Positions 21,406 to 30,555 of a DNA stretch of 64,000 nucleotides are shown one piece after another. Positions within the stretch are counted from its first letter, which is position 1; every line of letters starts with the position of its first letter. Source of the DNA: an uncultured Elusimicrobia bacterium (GTDB lineage Bacteria > Elusimicrobiota > Endomicrobiia > Endomicrobiales > CAIRNS01); the NCBI GenBank assembly GCA_903880015.1, contig CAIRNS010000002.1:82867-146866 (forward strand), written 5' to 3'. The position numbers and the translations under genes are program-made. The notes below the pieces were generated by a model, which was not told the DNA's origin, did no database searches, and saw only the letters and a program-made list of their open reading frames with translations.

Positions 21406-22284
21406 ATGAACATTATAGATGGGAAAAAGATTGCAGCGGAAATACGCGGCGATATCAAACGCCAGGTAGACGCACTGAAAATACGCGGGGTGACGCCCGG
21501 GTTGGCTACCATATTGGTCGGCGAGGATCCGGCAAGCAATGTCTATGTCGCTCATAAAATAAAGGCCTGCGCAGAATTGGGTATTCGTTCTTTTCACCAT
21601 CCGCTACCCGCTACTTCAAGCGCAACTGAAATTATTGCGCTGATCGATACATTAAACGCCGACCCTCAGGTGCACGGCATTCTTTTGCAATTACCGTTGC
21701 CGGGAAATCTGCTGGGCGAGACCGATCGGTGTATCAATGCAATTGACCCGGCGAAAGATGTTGACGGTTTGCATCCGCACAACATTGGACAGTTGTGCTC
21801 TGCAAAAAACTGGCAGGCGATTGAAAAACAGAATATATTAGTTTCCTGCACGCCGCTGGGTGTGATGTATTTGTTGCATAAATCATCCATTGCTATCGCC
21901 GGAAAACGGGTAGTTATAGTCGGGCGCTCCAATCTTTTCGGCAAACCGGCGGCGCTTTTGTTTCTGGCGCATGATGCAACCGTGACTATGGCACATTCAA
22001 AAACAATGGACTTGCCGGCAGTATGCCGCGAAGCCGACATTCTTGTTGCGGCAATCGGGAAACCGCGGTTTATTACAGCCGCATATGTAAAACCCGGTGC
22101 CGTGGTATTGGATGTCGGTATAAACCGCACGCCGGAGGGGATTGTCGGTGATGTTGATTTCGAAGCCGTCAAAAATATTGCGCAGTGGATTACGCCGGTT
22201 CCCGGCGGTGTTGGCGCCACGACTATTACGATGCTGATGCACAACACGCTGACTGCCGCTCGACGGATTACGAGTAGTTTCTGA
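21406..22284 (+). CDS. folD: Bifunctional methylenetetrahydrofolate dehydrogenase/cyclohydrolase FolD
   Basis: IIDGKKIAAEIR, LATILVGEDPASNVYV, VVIVGRSNLFGKP and PVPGGVGATT. Confidence 0.95.
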   Translation: MNIIDGKKIAAEIRGDIKRQVDALKIRGVTPGLATILVGEDPASNVYVAHKIKACAELGIRSFHHPLPATSSATEIIALIDTLNADPQVHGILLQLPLPGNLLGETDRCINAIDPAKDVDGLHPHNIGQLCSAKNWQAIEKQNILVSCTPLGVMYLLHKSSIAIAGKRVVIVGRSNLFGKPAALLFLAHDATVTMAHSKTMDLPAVCREADILVAAIGKPRFITAAYVKPGAVVLDVGINRTPEGIVGDVDFEAVKNIAQWITPVPGGVGATTITMLMHNTLTAARRITSSF

Positions 22285-22303
22285 TGCGGAGATACATGTA
22301 AAC

Positions 22304-22852
22304 ATGAAAGAAAAAATATTTCTAAACCCCATTAAAATTACGCCAGCCCTCATGCGGGAGCTTGAGCGGCGCACACTGATACGGGCAATCAAGCCCACAA
22401 AAAAATTACTCGCGACGCGGACAACAACGGGGACGGTGGACATATTTTATACGGCACCGCGTGCGAGCGGTACGCACAAACTAATGGGTGTCGGCAAGCG
22501 AACCCTTGCCGTGAAAATGATGGTGCATCCGGCAAACGAGGACTTTATTTTAATAAACCCTACAAATATAAAATATAAATCGCTCTATATTATTATTGCG
22601 CGCGACAAGCGTGTTGCGTTTGAAAAGAAGGCCCGCAGTGGTGACATTTCCGAAAAAGATTTTTTTACCGTCGACTGGGAGTATAATAATCCCGCAACCT
22701 GCGTGTTTACCATGCTTAAAGACACGGTTCATTGCGAAGTTACGGTCCCGGGGCCAGGGCAACATCCCGTATTTTTTGTTACGGAACCATCGCAATTGAC
22801 GGCAAATTATGTTAATATATACATGCGCGAACTGATAGTGCAAACGGCGTAA
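22304..22852 (+). CDS. Hypothetical protein (182 aa), no recognisable family
   Basis: Long ORF tightly packed after folD (19-nt gap). No motif recognised. Confidence 0.5.
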   Translation: MKEKIFLNPIKITPALMRELERRTLIRAIKPTKKLLATRTTTGTVDIFYTAPRASGTHKLMGVGKRTLAVKMMVHPANEDFILINPTNIKYKSLYIIIARDKRVAFEKKARSGDISEKDFFTVDWEYNNPATCVFTMLKDTVHCEVTVPGPGQHPVFFVTEPSQLTANYVNIYMRELIVQTA

Positions 22853-22855
22853 GGA

Positions 22856-23674
22856 GTGGCAATGTTAGCCTTTGTCGTGAATATTTTCGTTCCGCTGACT
22901 GCAGGAATTGTTTATTTTTTGATGGCGGTAGAAGTTAACAGGGTCAGCAAAGTACGAAAAATTATGTTCGGTGAGATCGGGTACCGCAAAATCGGCATCG
23001 CATTTCTTATGCTGAGTGTTTATTTTATTACTCGCCCCCTCCAAAACATTGTCGGCCCGCACCCCTGGCCGATGATTATCAATTCCCTACGACAGTTTTT
23101 TTTGATGGCGGTCATATCTCCGGCTATTCTGGTCGGTATATTTCACTGGGTACCCAGCGAAGATCACACGCCGAAATCGGCGGCGTTTGCCGCGTACGCG
23201 GTAGGTTTTTTTATGGCGTTGATTTATATTCTTATCAACCGCGTTGCTGTTGACGGCTCAAAGATTGTCGGTGTATTTGGCGGCATGACTATTTACGACC
23301 CGGCGTGGTTTTCAGCCGGTCAGCCACGCTTTGAGTTGGTGTTAATCCACCTGATATCGCAGCTTGTCTCGCCGGTTGGGTTCATCGTTTTGGCGGGGGC
23401 ATATGTGCGTCATCGCCGGCATGATTACGAATTAAGTCATGTGTATAATCTGATGCCGCTTAAATGGAAATATCTTGAAACCGGGTTGGGGATATTCGCA
23501 GGATCACTGGTTGTTGCCGGGCTGGCCGCATTTTTAGGACAGTACTATACCTATCTCTGGGTGATATACTTTATGGGCGCGATTGTTGCCGGGATTGTTG
23601 AGCTGCAGGGAATCAAAATTCCGCCACGGGCAACGCCGATTGATTTACAGCCGAGTATGGCTGGGAACGGGTAA
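22856..23674 (+). CDS. Hypothetical polytopic membrane protein (start may be the ATG at 22862)
   Basis: About 7-8 hydrophobic segments. It starts 3 nt after the previous stop. No family recognised. Confidence 0.55.
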   Translation: MAMLAFVVNIFVPLTAGIVYFLMAVEVNRVSKVRKIMFGEIGYRKIGIAFLMLSVYFITRPLQNIVGPHPWPMIINSLRQFFLMAVISPAILVGIFHWVPSEDHTPKSAAFAAYAVGFFMALIYILINRVAVDGSKIVGVFGGMTIYDPAWFSAGQPRFELVLIHLISQLVSPVGFIVLAGAYVRHRRHDYELSHVYNLMPLKWKYLETGLGIFAGSLVVAGLAAFLGQYYTYLWVIYFMGAIVAGIVELQGIKIPPRATPIDLQPSMAGNG

Positions 23675-23728
23675 CCGTCGCCGGCCGGAACATGGATGTG
23701 TGCAGTAACCCAAAAGGGGGTGAGAAGA

Positions 23729-23791
23729 ATGGCCGCAAAGAAAAAAGTTGCGAAAAAAGCCGCGAAAAAAGTTTCTAAAAAAAAGAAGTAG
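23729..23791 (+). CDS. Candidate 20-aa lysine/alanine-rich micro-protein (MAAKKKVAKKAAKKVSKKKK)
   Basis: An ATG preceded by GGGGGTGA at a suitable distance, followed 10 nt later by a strong intrinsic terminator. It is too short for composition-based support. Confidence 0.35.
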   Translation: MAAKKKVAKKAAKKVSKKKK

Positions 23792-23801
23792 GCTGAAAAA
23801 T

Positions 23802-23844
23802 GGGGGATAAGAACTTTCGTTCTTATCCCCCGTTGCTTGTTTTT
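23802..23844 (+). terminator. Rho-independent terminator
   Basis: GGGGGATAAGAAC (23802-23814), loop TTTC, then GTTCTTATCCCCC (23819-23831). A perfect 13-bp stem followed by a T-rich tail GTTGCTTGTTTTT. Confidence 0.75.
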
Positions 23845-23913
23845 AGACACACTTTGATTATCTGCTTACCGTTCTTTTACGCCATAATCTTCCATCCCGC
23901 CTTACTTCCCCGT

Positions 23914-24423
23914 TCATAAGCCGGTTATAGTCATGCTGGGAATACCAATCATATATCCATATCCGGCATTAGAGGCAGAAACGCTGATGCCTTCCGCAAT
24001 AGTCCCGACTTTTCCGGTCAAAGCGCATACCCAGAGCGCTGGCGGGGAGCCCATCCCCGGCCCGCCCTTCGCTGCGACCATCATGGTGTTAAAATATGAG
24101 TTTCCACTGATGTTCATTCCCAATGCAGCGCATGCCGATACCGGGGTTGTCCATGCAAACAATGTGTTCCCATTCCCGGGCGCCCCGTCACTGCTCACCG
24201 TATATCGCGTTTCTGTGTAGTACTGCTGTTCGCCAACGGCAATAAAATTGCAAACCACTTGGGCCTCTTTCAAGGCAGCTTTTCTGAGCCACATCCGGTA
24301 GCCAGTGGATGTCATGATAGCCAGAGCGGCGACTATAACGACGACAGTAAGCAATTCGATCATCGAAAAACCCCGGGAACGATGTTTAGTGCTTGTCCGT
24401 AATGCTTTTTTCTTGTAATGCAT
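23914..24423 (-). CDS. Prepilin-type N-terminal cleavage/methylation domain protein (type IV pilin or pseudopilin-like)
   Basis: A basic leader ending RG, then FSMIELLTVVVIVAALAIM, which is the class III signal G/FxxxE motif. Confidence 0.8.
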   Translation of the reverse strand: MHYKKKALRTSTKHRSRGFSMIELLTVVVIVAALAIMTSTGYRMWLRKAALKEAQVVCNFIAVGEQQYYTETRYTVSSDGAPGNGNTLFAWTTPVSACAALGMNISGNSYFNTMMVAAKGGPGMGSPPALWVCALTGKVGTIAEGISVSASNAGYGYMIGIPSMTITGL

Positions 24424-24484
24424 GGTTTATCTCCCGATTCTCTACACTACATCACATCAACTAAAGTGAAATCACTTCACCAGG

Positions 24485-25282
24485 CTATTTTTCGGATGGC
24501 GCACTTTTGGGGGTAAACAACACCGAAGTGTTATTTCCCAGCATGGTTTGCGGAAGCTTCCCGTCCCATTTATCTATCCACTTGTACGCGATGGTCTTAT
24601 CGTTTACCGATTCGCGCAGAAGCTGTTGTGCGCGGGCGTCGCCTTCAGCGCGGGTTATGGTCGCCAGTTTGTTCTGCTCGGCTTGTTGTTTTACATATTC
24701 GGCAGTTTTAATCTTCTGTTCCTCAATTTGTTTCTGCTCAACAACCTTCTCAAATTCCGGATCAAATTTAATATTCACCAGATTGGCGTTTTCAACCACA
24801 ATGTTATAAAAATCAAGTTTTTCGCGCAGCGCATTTTCAATCTGTTGTTTCAGCTGGTCGCGTTTAACGATAATATCTTCTACGGGAAATTGCGCCGACG
24901 CCGCCTTGACGCATTCGTTAACCGCGGGGTCGATGACCTTTTCCACATAATCTTTACCCACTTTAATAAACAGGTCGTTAACTTTTTCATAGCGCAGATG
25001 GGTGTTGATGACGATTTCAACTTCAACCTTCTGCAAATCCTTGGAAGCCGAGAAAGCGCGCACATCAATTCTTTGCGTTTTCACATCGAAAGTGGTCACG
25101 CCGTGAACGACAGGTATGCGCAGATGCGTTCCCTGAGAATATGCCACGGTCTTTCCCGAGAGGCGGTTAAAGGTCACGCCGACTTCGCCCGGGCCAACAA
25201 CGAAAATCGGATTGAGTCCTGCCAGCAAAGCAATCACTGCCACAACAATGACAATCCTTTTTATGACATTTTCATCAATCAT
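24485..25282 (-). CDS. SPFH/Band 7 (prohibitin/HflC-like) membrane protein
   Basis: N-terminal TM, the VVGPGEVGVTFNRLSGK...THLRIPVVH SPFH core, and a coiled-coil tail rich in E/Q/K. Confidence 0.85.
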   Translation of the reverse strand: MIDENVIKRIVIVVAVIALLAGLNPIFVVGPGEVGVTFNRLSGKTVAYSQGTHLRIPVVHGVTTFDVKTQRIDVRAFSASKDLQKVEVEIVINTHLRYEKVNDLFIKVGKDYVEKVIDPAVNECVKAASAQFPVEDIIVKRDQLKQQIENALREKLDFYNIVVENANLVNIKFDPEFEKVVEQKQIEEQKIKTAEYVKQQAEQNKLATITRAEGDARAQQLLRESVNDKTIAYKWIDKWDGKLPQTMLGNNTSVLFTPKSAPSEK

Positions 25283-25300
25283 AATACATCTCCTGTTGTT

Positions 25301-25945
25301 TTATTTTGTATCTATTCCGGGTGCGTCAATTATAATTTTCCTTCTGTTTCTGTATGCTTGGTATTTGTACGCCGCCACTGCTATTACAATGACGGTGATT
25401 GCAGCAGCAGCGGTGGTTTTGCCGAACACATTAAATACCGAGCGCCAATGGTCGCCGGCAAGTTTGCCCATATACGCCAGCAGTGCAAAAATCACGGCAT
25501 TGCTGGCGATAATGCCGGCATATGTTCTCAGAGGGGGCAGTTTAAACAAGCCGGCGCAGACGATGGTACAAAAGTTCATCCCGGGAATAAACTTTGACAG
25601 AAAGAACGACCACACGCCGTAGCGATGGACCAATAGAGTTGTTTTCTCATGCAGGGATTCAGGCATTAGTTTCGAAAAAAACTTTTTATCGAAGTAGTGT
25701 GAGCCGTAACGGTGCGCGATTTCGTAGAGAATAATTCCGCCCAGGGACATGCCCATTACGGTGGATACTATAATGACCGCCAGTGAACCGTGACCTTCCG
25801 AAACAATATATCCACCGAATATCGTTCCCAGCTCTATGGGAATAGGCGGGAAAAAAGTGTTGCCTATAGACGAAAAAAACAAGGTCAAAAATAAAGCGAC
25901 CGGCGCGTCAGCCAGAATAAATATTTTGTCTAAGAATTGATCCAT
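25301..25945 (-). CDS. DedA/VTT-domain membrane protein
   Basis: Motifs FFPPIPIELGTIFGGY and YGVWSFFLSKFIPGMNFCTIVCAGLFKLP resemble DedA/SNARE-associated proteins. Confidence 0.75.
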   Translation of the reverse strand: MDQFLDKIFILADAPVALFLTLFFSSIGNTFFPPIPIELGTIFGGYIVSEGHGSLAVIIVSTVMGMSLGGIILYEIAHRYGSHYFDKKFFSKLMPESLHEKTTLLVHRYGVWSFFLSKFIPGMNFCTIVCAGLFKLPPLRTYAGIIASNAVIFALLAYMGKLAGDHWRSVFNVFGKTTAAAAITVIVIAVAAYKYQAYRNRRKIIIDAPGIDTK

Positions 25946-28485
25946 TTTCTATAAATCCTTTTTAACAGTTCCGCCCAAATCATGCTGAGTAGCCCGCCGG
26001 CGATGCACAGGGTAAGCCCGCCAAAAGAAATAGGCGCAAATTTAAAAATGCCGCGGAGCGGCGCTATAGTGAGCACCAACCCCAGAAAGAAAGTCGAGCC
26101 GCCAAGCACCCACCAGAATGCGTTGTTGCGCGCTGCGAGCGTTTTAAATATATTCTGGGTGCCTGAGCGGTTAATTAAAATCAGGCCTACATTGGCAAAG
26201 ATCATGGTGGTAAAAGTAAGTGCGCGCGCTTCGTCTTCGCCGGCAGTGCGTTTAGAAATGAAGAAAATAGTGGCAATAATCGCCAGCAGTCCGAGCCCCT
26301 GCAAGACGCTGTAAAACACCATGTGTTTGCCGAATAGCGGGTTTGCCAGATTGCGGGGCTTGCGGTTCATGATGCCGTTTTCCGCGGGTTCCACTTCAAA
26401 GACGATGGAGCACGCCGGGTCGATAATAAGCTCCAGAAAAAGAACATGAACCGGCATCAGCACCAGCGGCCATTTGAGTATCACGGGAATAAGCGACATC
26501 CCGGTAATCGGCACATGGACCGCAAAAATATACGCCATGGCTTTGCGCAGGTTGTCGAAGATGCGCCGGCCCATACCCACACCGGCGACGATGGAAGAGA
26601 AATCGTCGTTGACCAGCACAATATCTGCCGCTTCGCGGGCTACATCCGTTCCGCGGCTGCCCATGGCAATGCCAATCTGGGCTGATTTAAGCGCCGGGGA
26701 ATCGTTGACGCCGTCGCCGGTCATGGCGACAATTTCGCCGTTTGCTTTTAAGACATTGACGATTCTCAGTTTCTGTTCCGGCAATACCCGCGCGCAGATG
26801 GAAACGGATTGAATGCGGCGGCGCAATTCATCGTCGGTCATCTGCGTCAGTTCTGCCCCGGTGATGCAGTCGTCTGCGTTGGCAAGCCCGATTTTGCGGC
26901 CGATATTTTTTGCAGTTTCAGGATAGTCGCCGGTAATCATGATGACCCGGATACCCGCGCGGCGGCATTCGGCGATGGCCGCCGGGACGGTCTCACGCAG
27001 CGGGTCGATGAGGCCGATGAAACCTAAAAAACTAAATGAAAAATCATGTTGGCCGCCGGGAAGGTGGCCGGCGGTGAACTGGGCTTGGGCGACGCCTAAC
27101 ACGCGCAGGCCTTTATGCGCCATGGCGGCAACCTGCGCAAAACAGGTCGCGGCGGCAGGAGCATCGAGATGACAGAGATCGATAATCGCTTCCGGCGCCC
27201 CTTTGGCGGCAATAATATAATCATTGCCTCCGGGTGACTGCCAGACACGCGACATCGCCAGCAGTTTTTTGTCGAGCGGGTATTCTTGTACCAAAGTCCA
27301 ATTACCGTGGAGATGATCAGTCCCCGAGAGTGTTTTTGCGCCCAAATCCTTCAGCGCCTGTTCCATGGGGTCAAACGGATCCCTTTGACTGGCCAAAATA
27401 CCAAATTCAATGAGTTCATGAAACCGGTCCGGCAGGGCGGTGATTGTTGAGTGGTCGATGGTGAATTCAGCTTTGTTGGTGTACAAAGTGTCCAATATCA
27501 TGCGGTTGGTTGTCAGCGTGCCGGTCTTGTCAACGCACAAGACTGTAGCCGAACCCAGCGTTTCGATGACGGAAACTTTGCGCGTGAGCACATTGTGGCG
27601 GGACATGCGCCAGGCGCCTAACGCGAGAAAAACCGTCAAAACAACAGGAAATTCTTCCGGCAGGGTAGCCATGGCGAGGGTAATGCCTGCCAGGAGTCCG
27701 TTAAGCCAGTTGTTTCTCGTCAATCCGTAAATGACGACGACCAGCGTACAGCACGCCAGGCCGACAATCGCCAGATTTTTAACGAGGATGTGTATTTCTT
27801 TTTCCAAAAGTGTTGGGGAGGCTTCGATGGCGTGGAGCGCTTTGCCGATTTTTCCGATCTCAGTAGCGCCGCCGGTGGCAATAACGCGGGCAATCCCCGT
27901 ACCTTTGATTATCATGGTTCCGGAATACACTGTCGGTAGATCATCGCCGCCCGGGCGGTGTGCGGCAACGACATCATTTTCGCAGGCGCTTTTCCTGACC
28001 GCTGCAGATTCGCCGGTCAGGAGTGATTCATCCACCGACATATTAATGCAGGAAAGCAGTACTGCATCAGCGGGAACCCGGTCACCTTCTGATAAAAGCA
28101 GAATATCGCCGCGGACAACTTCGCGTCCCGCAATACGCTTCTGGTGTCCATCGCGGATAACCAGTGCCCGGGGGCTGGAAAGGTCCCGCAGGGCCTCCAA
28201 AGCCCGCTCGGTTTTCCGTTTTTGGTACAGCGTGATGCCGATAATGATGCCGACAAAACCCAATAGCATCAGGGCTTCGTGAATATCGCCCAAGGTCAGA
28301 TAGATGCCGCCGCAGGCGGCCAGTAAAAGGAACATCGGCTCCTGAAATATTTCCCAGAGCAATGAAAAGAAATGTTTTTTGTTCGCGAGGGGAAGTTCGT
28401 TATATCCTTCAGTTTTAAGAAGGCGTTGAACCTCTGTTTCGGGGAGTCCGGATAATGAAGCAACATCAATTTCCGCGTAAGCCAT
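25930..28485 (-). CDS. Cation-transporting P-type ATPase (type II, Ca2+/Mg2+-like)
   Basis: Cation_ATPase_N-like start, TGES, phosphorylation site CVDKTGTLTTN, MITGDYPETA, and MTGDGVNDSPALK. Confidence 0.9.
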   Translation of the reverse strand: MAYAEIDVASLSGLPETEVQRLLKTEGYNELPLANKKHFFSLLWEIFQEPMFLLLAACGGIYLTLGDIHEALMLLGFVGIIIGITLYQKRKTERALEALRDLSSPRALVIRDGHQKRIAGREVVRGDILLLSEGDRVPADAVLLSCINMSVDESLLTGESAAVRKSACENDVVAAHRPGGDDLPTVYSGTMIIKGTGIARVIATGGATEIGKIGKALHAIEASPTLLEKEIHILVKNLAIVGLACCTLVVVIYGLTRNNWLNGLLAGITLAMATLPEEFPVVLTVFLALGAWRMSRHNVLTRKVSVIETLGSATVLCVDKTGTLTTNRMILDTLYTNKAEFTIDHSTITALPDRFHELIEFGILASQRDPFDPMEQALKDLGAKTLSGTDHLHGNWTLVQEYPLDKKLLAMSRVWQSPGGNDYIIAAKGAPEAIIDLCHLDAPAAATCFAQVAAMAHKGLRVLGVAQAQFTAGHLPGGQHDFSFSFLGFIGLIDPLRETVPAAIAECRRAGIRVIMITGDYPETAKNIGRKIGLANADDCITGAELTQMTDDELRRRIQSVSICARVLPEQKLRIVNVLKANGEIVAMTGDGVNDSPALKSAQIGIAMGSRGTDVAREAADIVLVNDDFSSIVAGVGMGRRIFDNLRKAMAYIFAVHVPITGMSLIPVILKWPLVLMPVHVLFLELIIDPACSIVFEVEPAENGIMNRKPRNLANPLFGKHMVFYSVLQGLGLLAIIATIFFISKRTAGEDEARALTFTTMIFANVGLILINRSGTQNIFKTLAARNNAFWWVLGGSTFFLGLVLTIAPLRGIFKFAPISFGGLTLCIAGGLLSMIWAELLKRIYRKWINS

Positions 28486-28530
28486 GCAATGTTCCCTTGG
28501 TAAGCCGGGGATGTTGGAACGCTGAAAAAA

Positions 28531-28983
28531 TTAATGCCGGGGGAATTTATCGGCGTATTTGCGTATCCATTCCAACGCCGCTTGTTCGCCGGTGACCGGT
28601 TGCCCGGCTTGTGCGGCCAGTTCTTTTTTATAATCTTCGATATGACAAATCTGTTCAAGCATGCGTATCTTAAAACTGTCTTTTTTATCAACGAACTCGA
28701 CGCCGACATCAAATATGGTTTTATCCGCGGCATCCGGACGGCACCAGATGACTTTGCCCTGCGTTGAGAACACGGGGCGGACCAGCGGGATGCGGATATC
28801 CACGAGCGTATCGATGGGGACTGCGACGGTTGACCGGAAGGATAAACCGCCAAAGCTGATCTCATTAAGATATTCAGTGCGGTGGGCGACAATATCCTGT
28901 AGGTGGATTTCGATAGGCATATCAGCCATGTGGCGGATAAAATTGCGCTTTTCGCATTCGCTGTTTACATCAATAGTAGTCAT
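28531..28983 (-). CDS. PilZ-domain protein (putative c-di-GMP receptor)
   Basis: RxxxR motif (RNFIR) near the N-terminus and an N/DxSxxG motif (NEISFGG). Confidence 0.7.
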   Translation of the reverse strand: MTTIDVNSECEKRNFIRHMADMPIEIHLQDIVAHRTEYLNEISFGGLSFRSTVAVPIDTLVDIRIPLVRPVFSTQGKVIWCRPDAADKTIFDVGVEFVDKKDSFKIRMLEQICHIEDYKKELAAQAGQPVTGEQAALEWIRKYADKFPRH

Positions 28984-29040
28984 GCAATGCCCCTTTTATA
29001 ATGTGACGGCGGGATATATCAGTATTTAAATAATTATAAC

Positions 29041-29078
29041 AAAAAAAACAGGAGTTTGCGATTACGCGCAGCTCCTGC
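29041..29078 (-). terminator. Putative intrinsic terminator downstream of the ferredoxin gene
   Basis: On the minus strand, CAGGAG...CTCCTG (29049-29054 / 29072-29077) is followed by a T8 run (A8 at 29041-29048 on the plus strand). Confidence 0.5.
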
Positions 29079-29102
29079 AGTGCCGTGAATCGTCAGATCC
29101 GC

Positions 29103-29291
29103 TTAGTGAATTTTAATGGCGTCTACCATGCACACGCGTTCACAGCCGCGCAGTTTATCGCATTTCGTTTCATCGCTGACCGCGCAGGTACCGGTATCTT
29201 TGTTGATAAAAAGAATGTTTCTCGGGCACAAGGCAACACACGCTCCGCAGCCGGTGCATAGTTGCAGATTTATATCTACAATACTGCCCAT
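29103..29291 (-). CDS. Small 4Fe-4S ferredoxin
   Basis: 62 aa with CTGCGACVALCP and a second Cys cluster, CDKLRGCERVC. Confidence 0.8.
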   Translation of the reverse strand: MGSIVDINLQLCTGCGACVALCPRNILFINKDTGTCAVSDETKCDKLRGCERVCMVDAIKIH

Positions 29292-29301
29292 GGCGTACTC
29301 C

Positions 29302-29655
29302 CTATGTTACTTTTAATATCCGCGTGATAGCGTCGACAAAACCCTCTTTTGATAAGGCGCCGACAGCCATTTGGGGCTTTCCCTCTTGGGGGACAAACAG
29401 TATGCTCGGGATGCTTGAGACGCCGAACTGGGAGGCCAGCACCTGTTCTTTGTCGGTATCAATTTTATAGACATTGATTTTGCCGGCGTACTGCGTGAGC
29501 ATATCCTCAAGGATAGGAGCCACCGTTTTGCAGGGCCCGCACCAATCGGCGTAAAAATCAATGATACAGGGAATATCGCCCTGGTACGCCCACTCTTTTT
29601 TTGCGGCATAGTCAAATATCTTTTGTTTGAACGATTCGTTGGTAAGATGTTCCAT
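29302..29655 (-). CDS. trxA: Thioredoxin
   Basis: 117 aa, WCGPCK active site, and an FGVSSIPSILF motif. Confidence 0.9.
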   Translation of the reverse strand: MEHLTNESFKQKIFDYAAKKEWAYQGDIPCIIDFYADWCGPCKTVAPILEDMLTQYAGKINVYKIDTDKEQVLASQFGVSSIPSILFVPQEGKPQMAVGALSKEGFVDAITRILKVT

Positions 29656-29687
29656 AATGGGCTCCTCCGGCGGCCAGGCCGCTGTTG

Positions 29688-30197
29688 TTAGAGTTTTTTC
29701 GCCGGTGCGGCACTGGCCTTTAATTGACGGTTAATCTCGGCTGTCCATTCCGTTTCCATGCCGGGTTGAAAACCGACAAACTGTTTCGCTATATCACCGG
29801 AAGGGCTGATGACGAAAAATGCCGGGATGCCGCTCACGCGGTATGATTGCGAAGCCGAGCCGTCGTCGTTAAGAACGGTATATTTCATGCCGTTTCTTTT
29901 AACAAATTCCAGCGTTGCCGGCGGATCTTTCTCAACATTGATGCCCAGAATGACGACATTAGGATTTTTTGCAAACTGCTCGTACATGGCTTCCACCGCC
30001 GGAATGGAGCGGCGACATGGCGGGCACCAGCTGGCCCAAAAGTCCACAAACACCACTTTGCCCTTAAACTGCGATAACGCAACAGTTGTCCCCTTAGTGC
30101 TTATCAGCTTGAACTGCGGGGCTGCTTGGGCTACTGCAATACCGGCGGTCAAAGAAAGCGCGCACAGTGCGATGAATCCCGATTTAATCATGCTCAT
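29688..30197 (-). CDS. Secreted TlpA/ResA-family thiol:disulfide oxidoreductase
   Basis: Signal peptide, then FWASWCPPCRRSIP (a CxxC redoxin motif). Confidence 0.85.
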   Translation of the reverse strand: MSMIKSGFIALCALSLTAGIAVAQAAPQFKLISTKGTTVALSQFKGKVVFVDFWASWCPPCRRSIPAVEAMYEQFAKNPNVVILGINVEKDPPATLEFVKRNGMKYTVLNDDGSASQSYRVSGIPAFFVISPSGDIAKQFVGFQPGMETEWTAEINRQLKASAAPAKKL

Positions 30198-30215
30198 ACC
30201 TACCTCCTGAGTAGT

Positions 30216-30476
30216 CTATTTAAGTATCTCTAAAATTTTCTCAACGCGCTTTTCAATGATGCGATAACAGGTCTTGACGCCTGTTTTCTGGGGGGCGATG
30301 ACGCCGTTGCGCCGCAATATGCCCAACTGTTGGGAAACCGTTGACTGGGGCGCCTTCAAGCGCAGCGCCATATCGTTGACATTGCATCCCGATTGAGCCA
30401 TAAGGCCACAGACAATCTTCAAACGAAGCGGATGGCCGAGCGTTTTGAGTAGTTCACTGTCTTCAATAAAATTCAC
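30216..30476 (-). CDS. ArsR/SmtB family transcriptional regulator
   Basis: 86 aa. LGHPLRLKIVCGL...VNDMALRLKAPQSTVSQQLGILRRNGVI is a winged HTH. Confidence 0.85.
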   Translation of the reverse strand: MNFIEDSELLKTLGHPLRLKIVCGLMAQSGCNVNDMALRLKAPQSTVSQQLGILRRNGVIAPQKTGVKTCYRIIEKRVEKILEILK

Positions 30477-30555
30477 GGACCGCCCCCTTTGTTAATGTAA
30501 TTATCTAAATAATACAATATTACAATATATATGTCAAGTGCGGTAGTAGATTATG

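Noticed and set aside
20250-21539. 251-aa and 163-aa minus-strand ORFs
   Set aside because: They are antisense to gyrA and to the gyrA-folD junction. gyrA and folD are unambiguous, and these ORFs have no motifs.
24548-25597. 349-aa plus-strand ORF, one of the longest unexplained ORFs in the track
   Set aside because: It lies antisense to two well-supported minus-strand genes (SPFH and DedA). It has a low-complexity Leu/Phe/Asn-rich translation, no RBS and no recognisable motif. I treat it as a shadow ORF.
28296-28892. 198-aa minus-strand ORF bridging the ATPase start and the PilZ gene
   Set aside because: It is in a different frame from both well-supported genes on the same strand, so it cannot coexist with them. 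It has no motifs.
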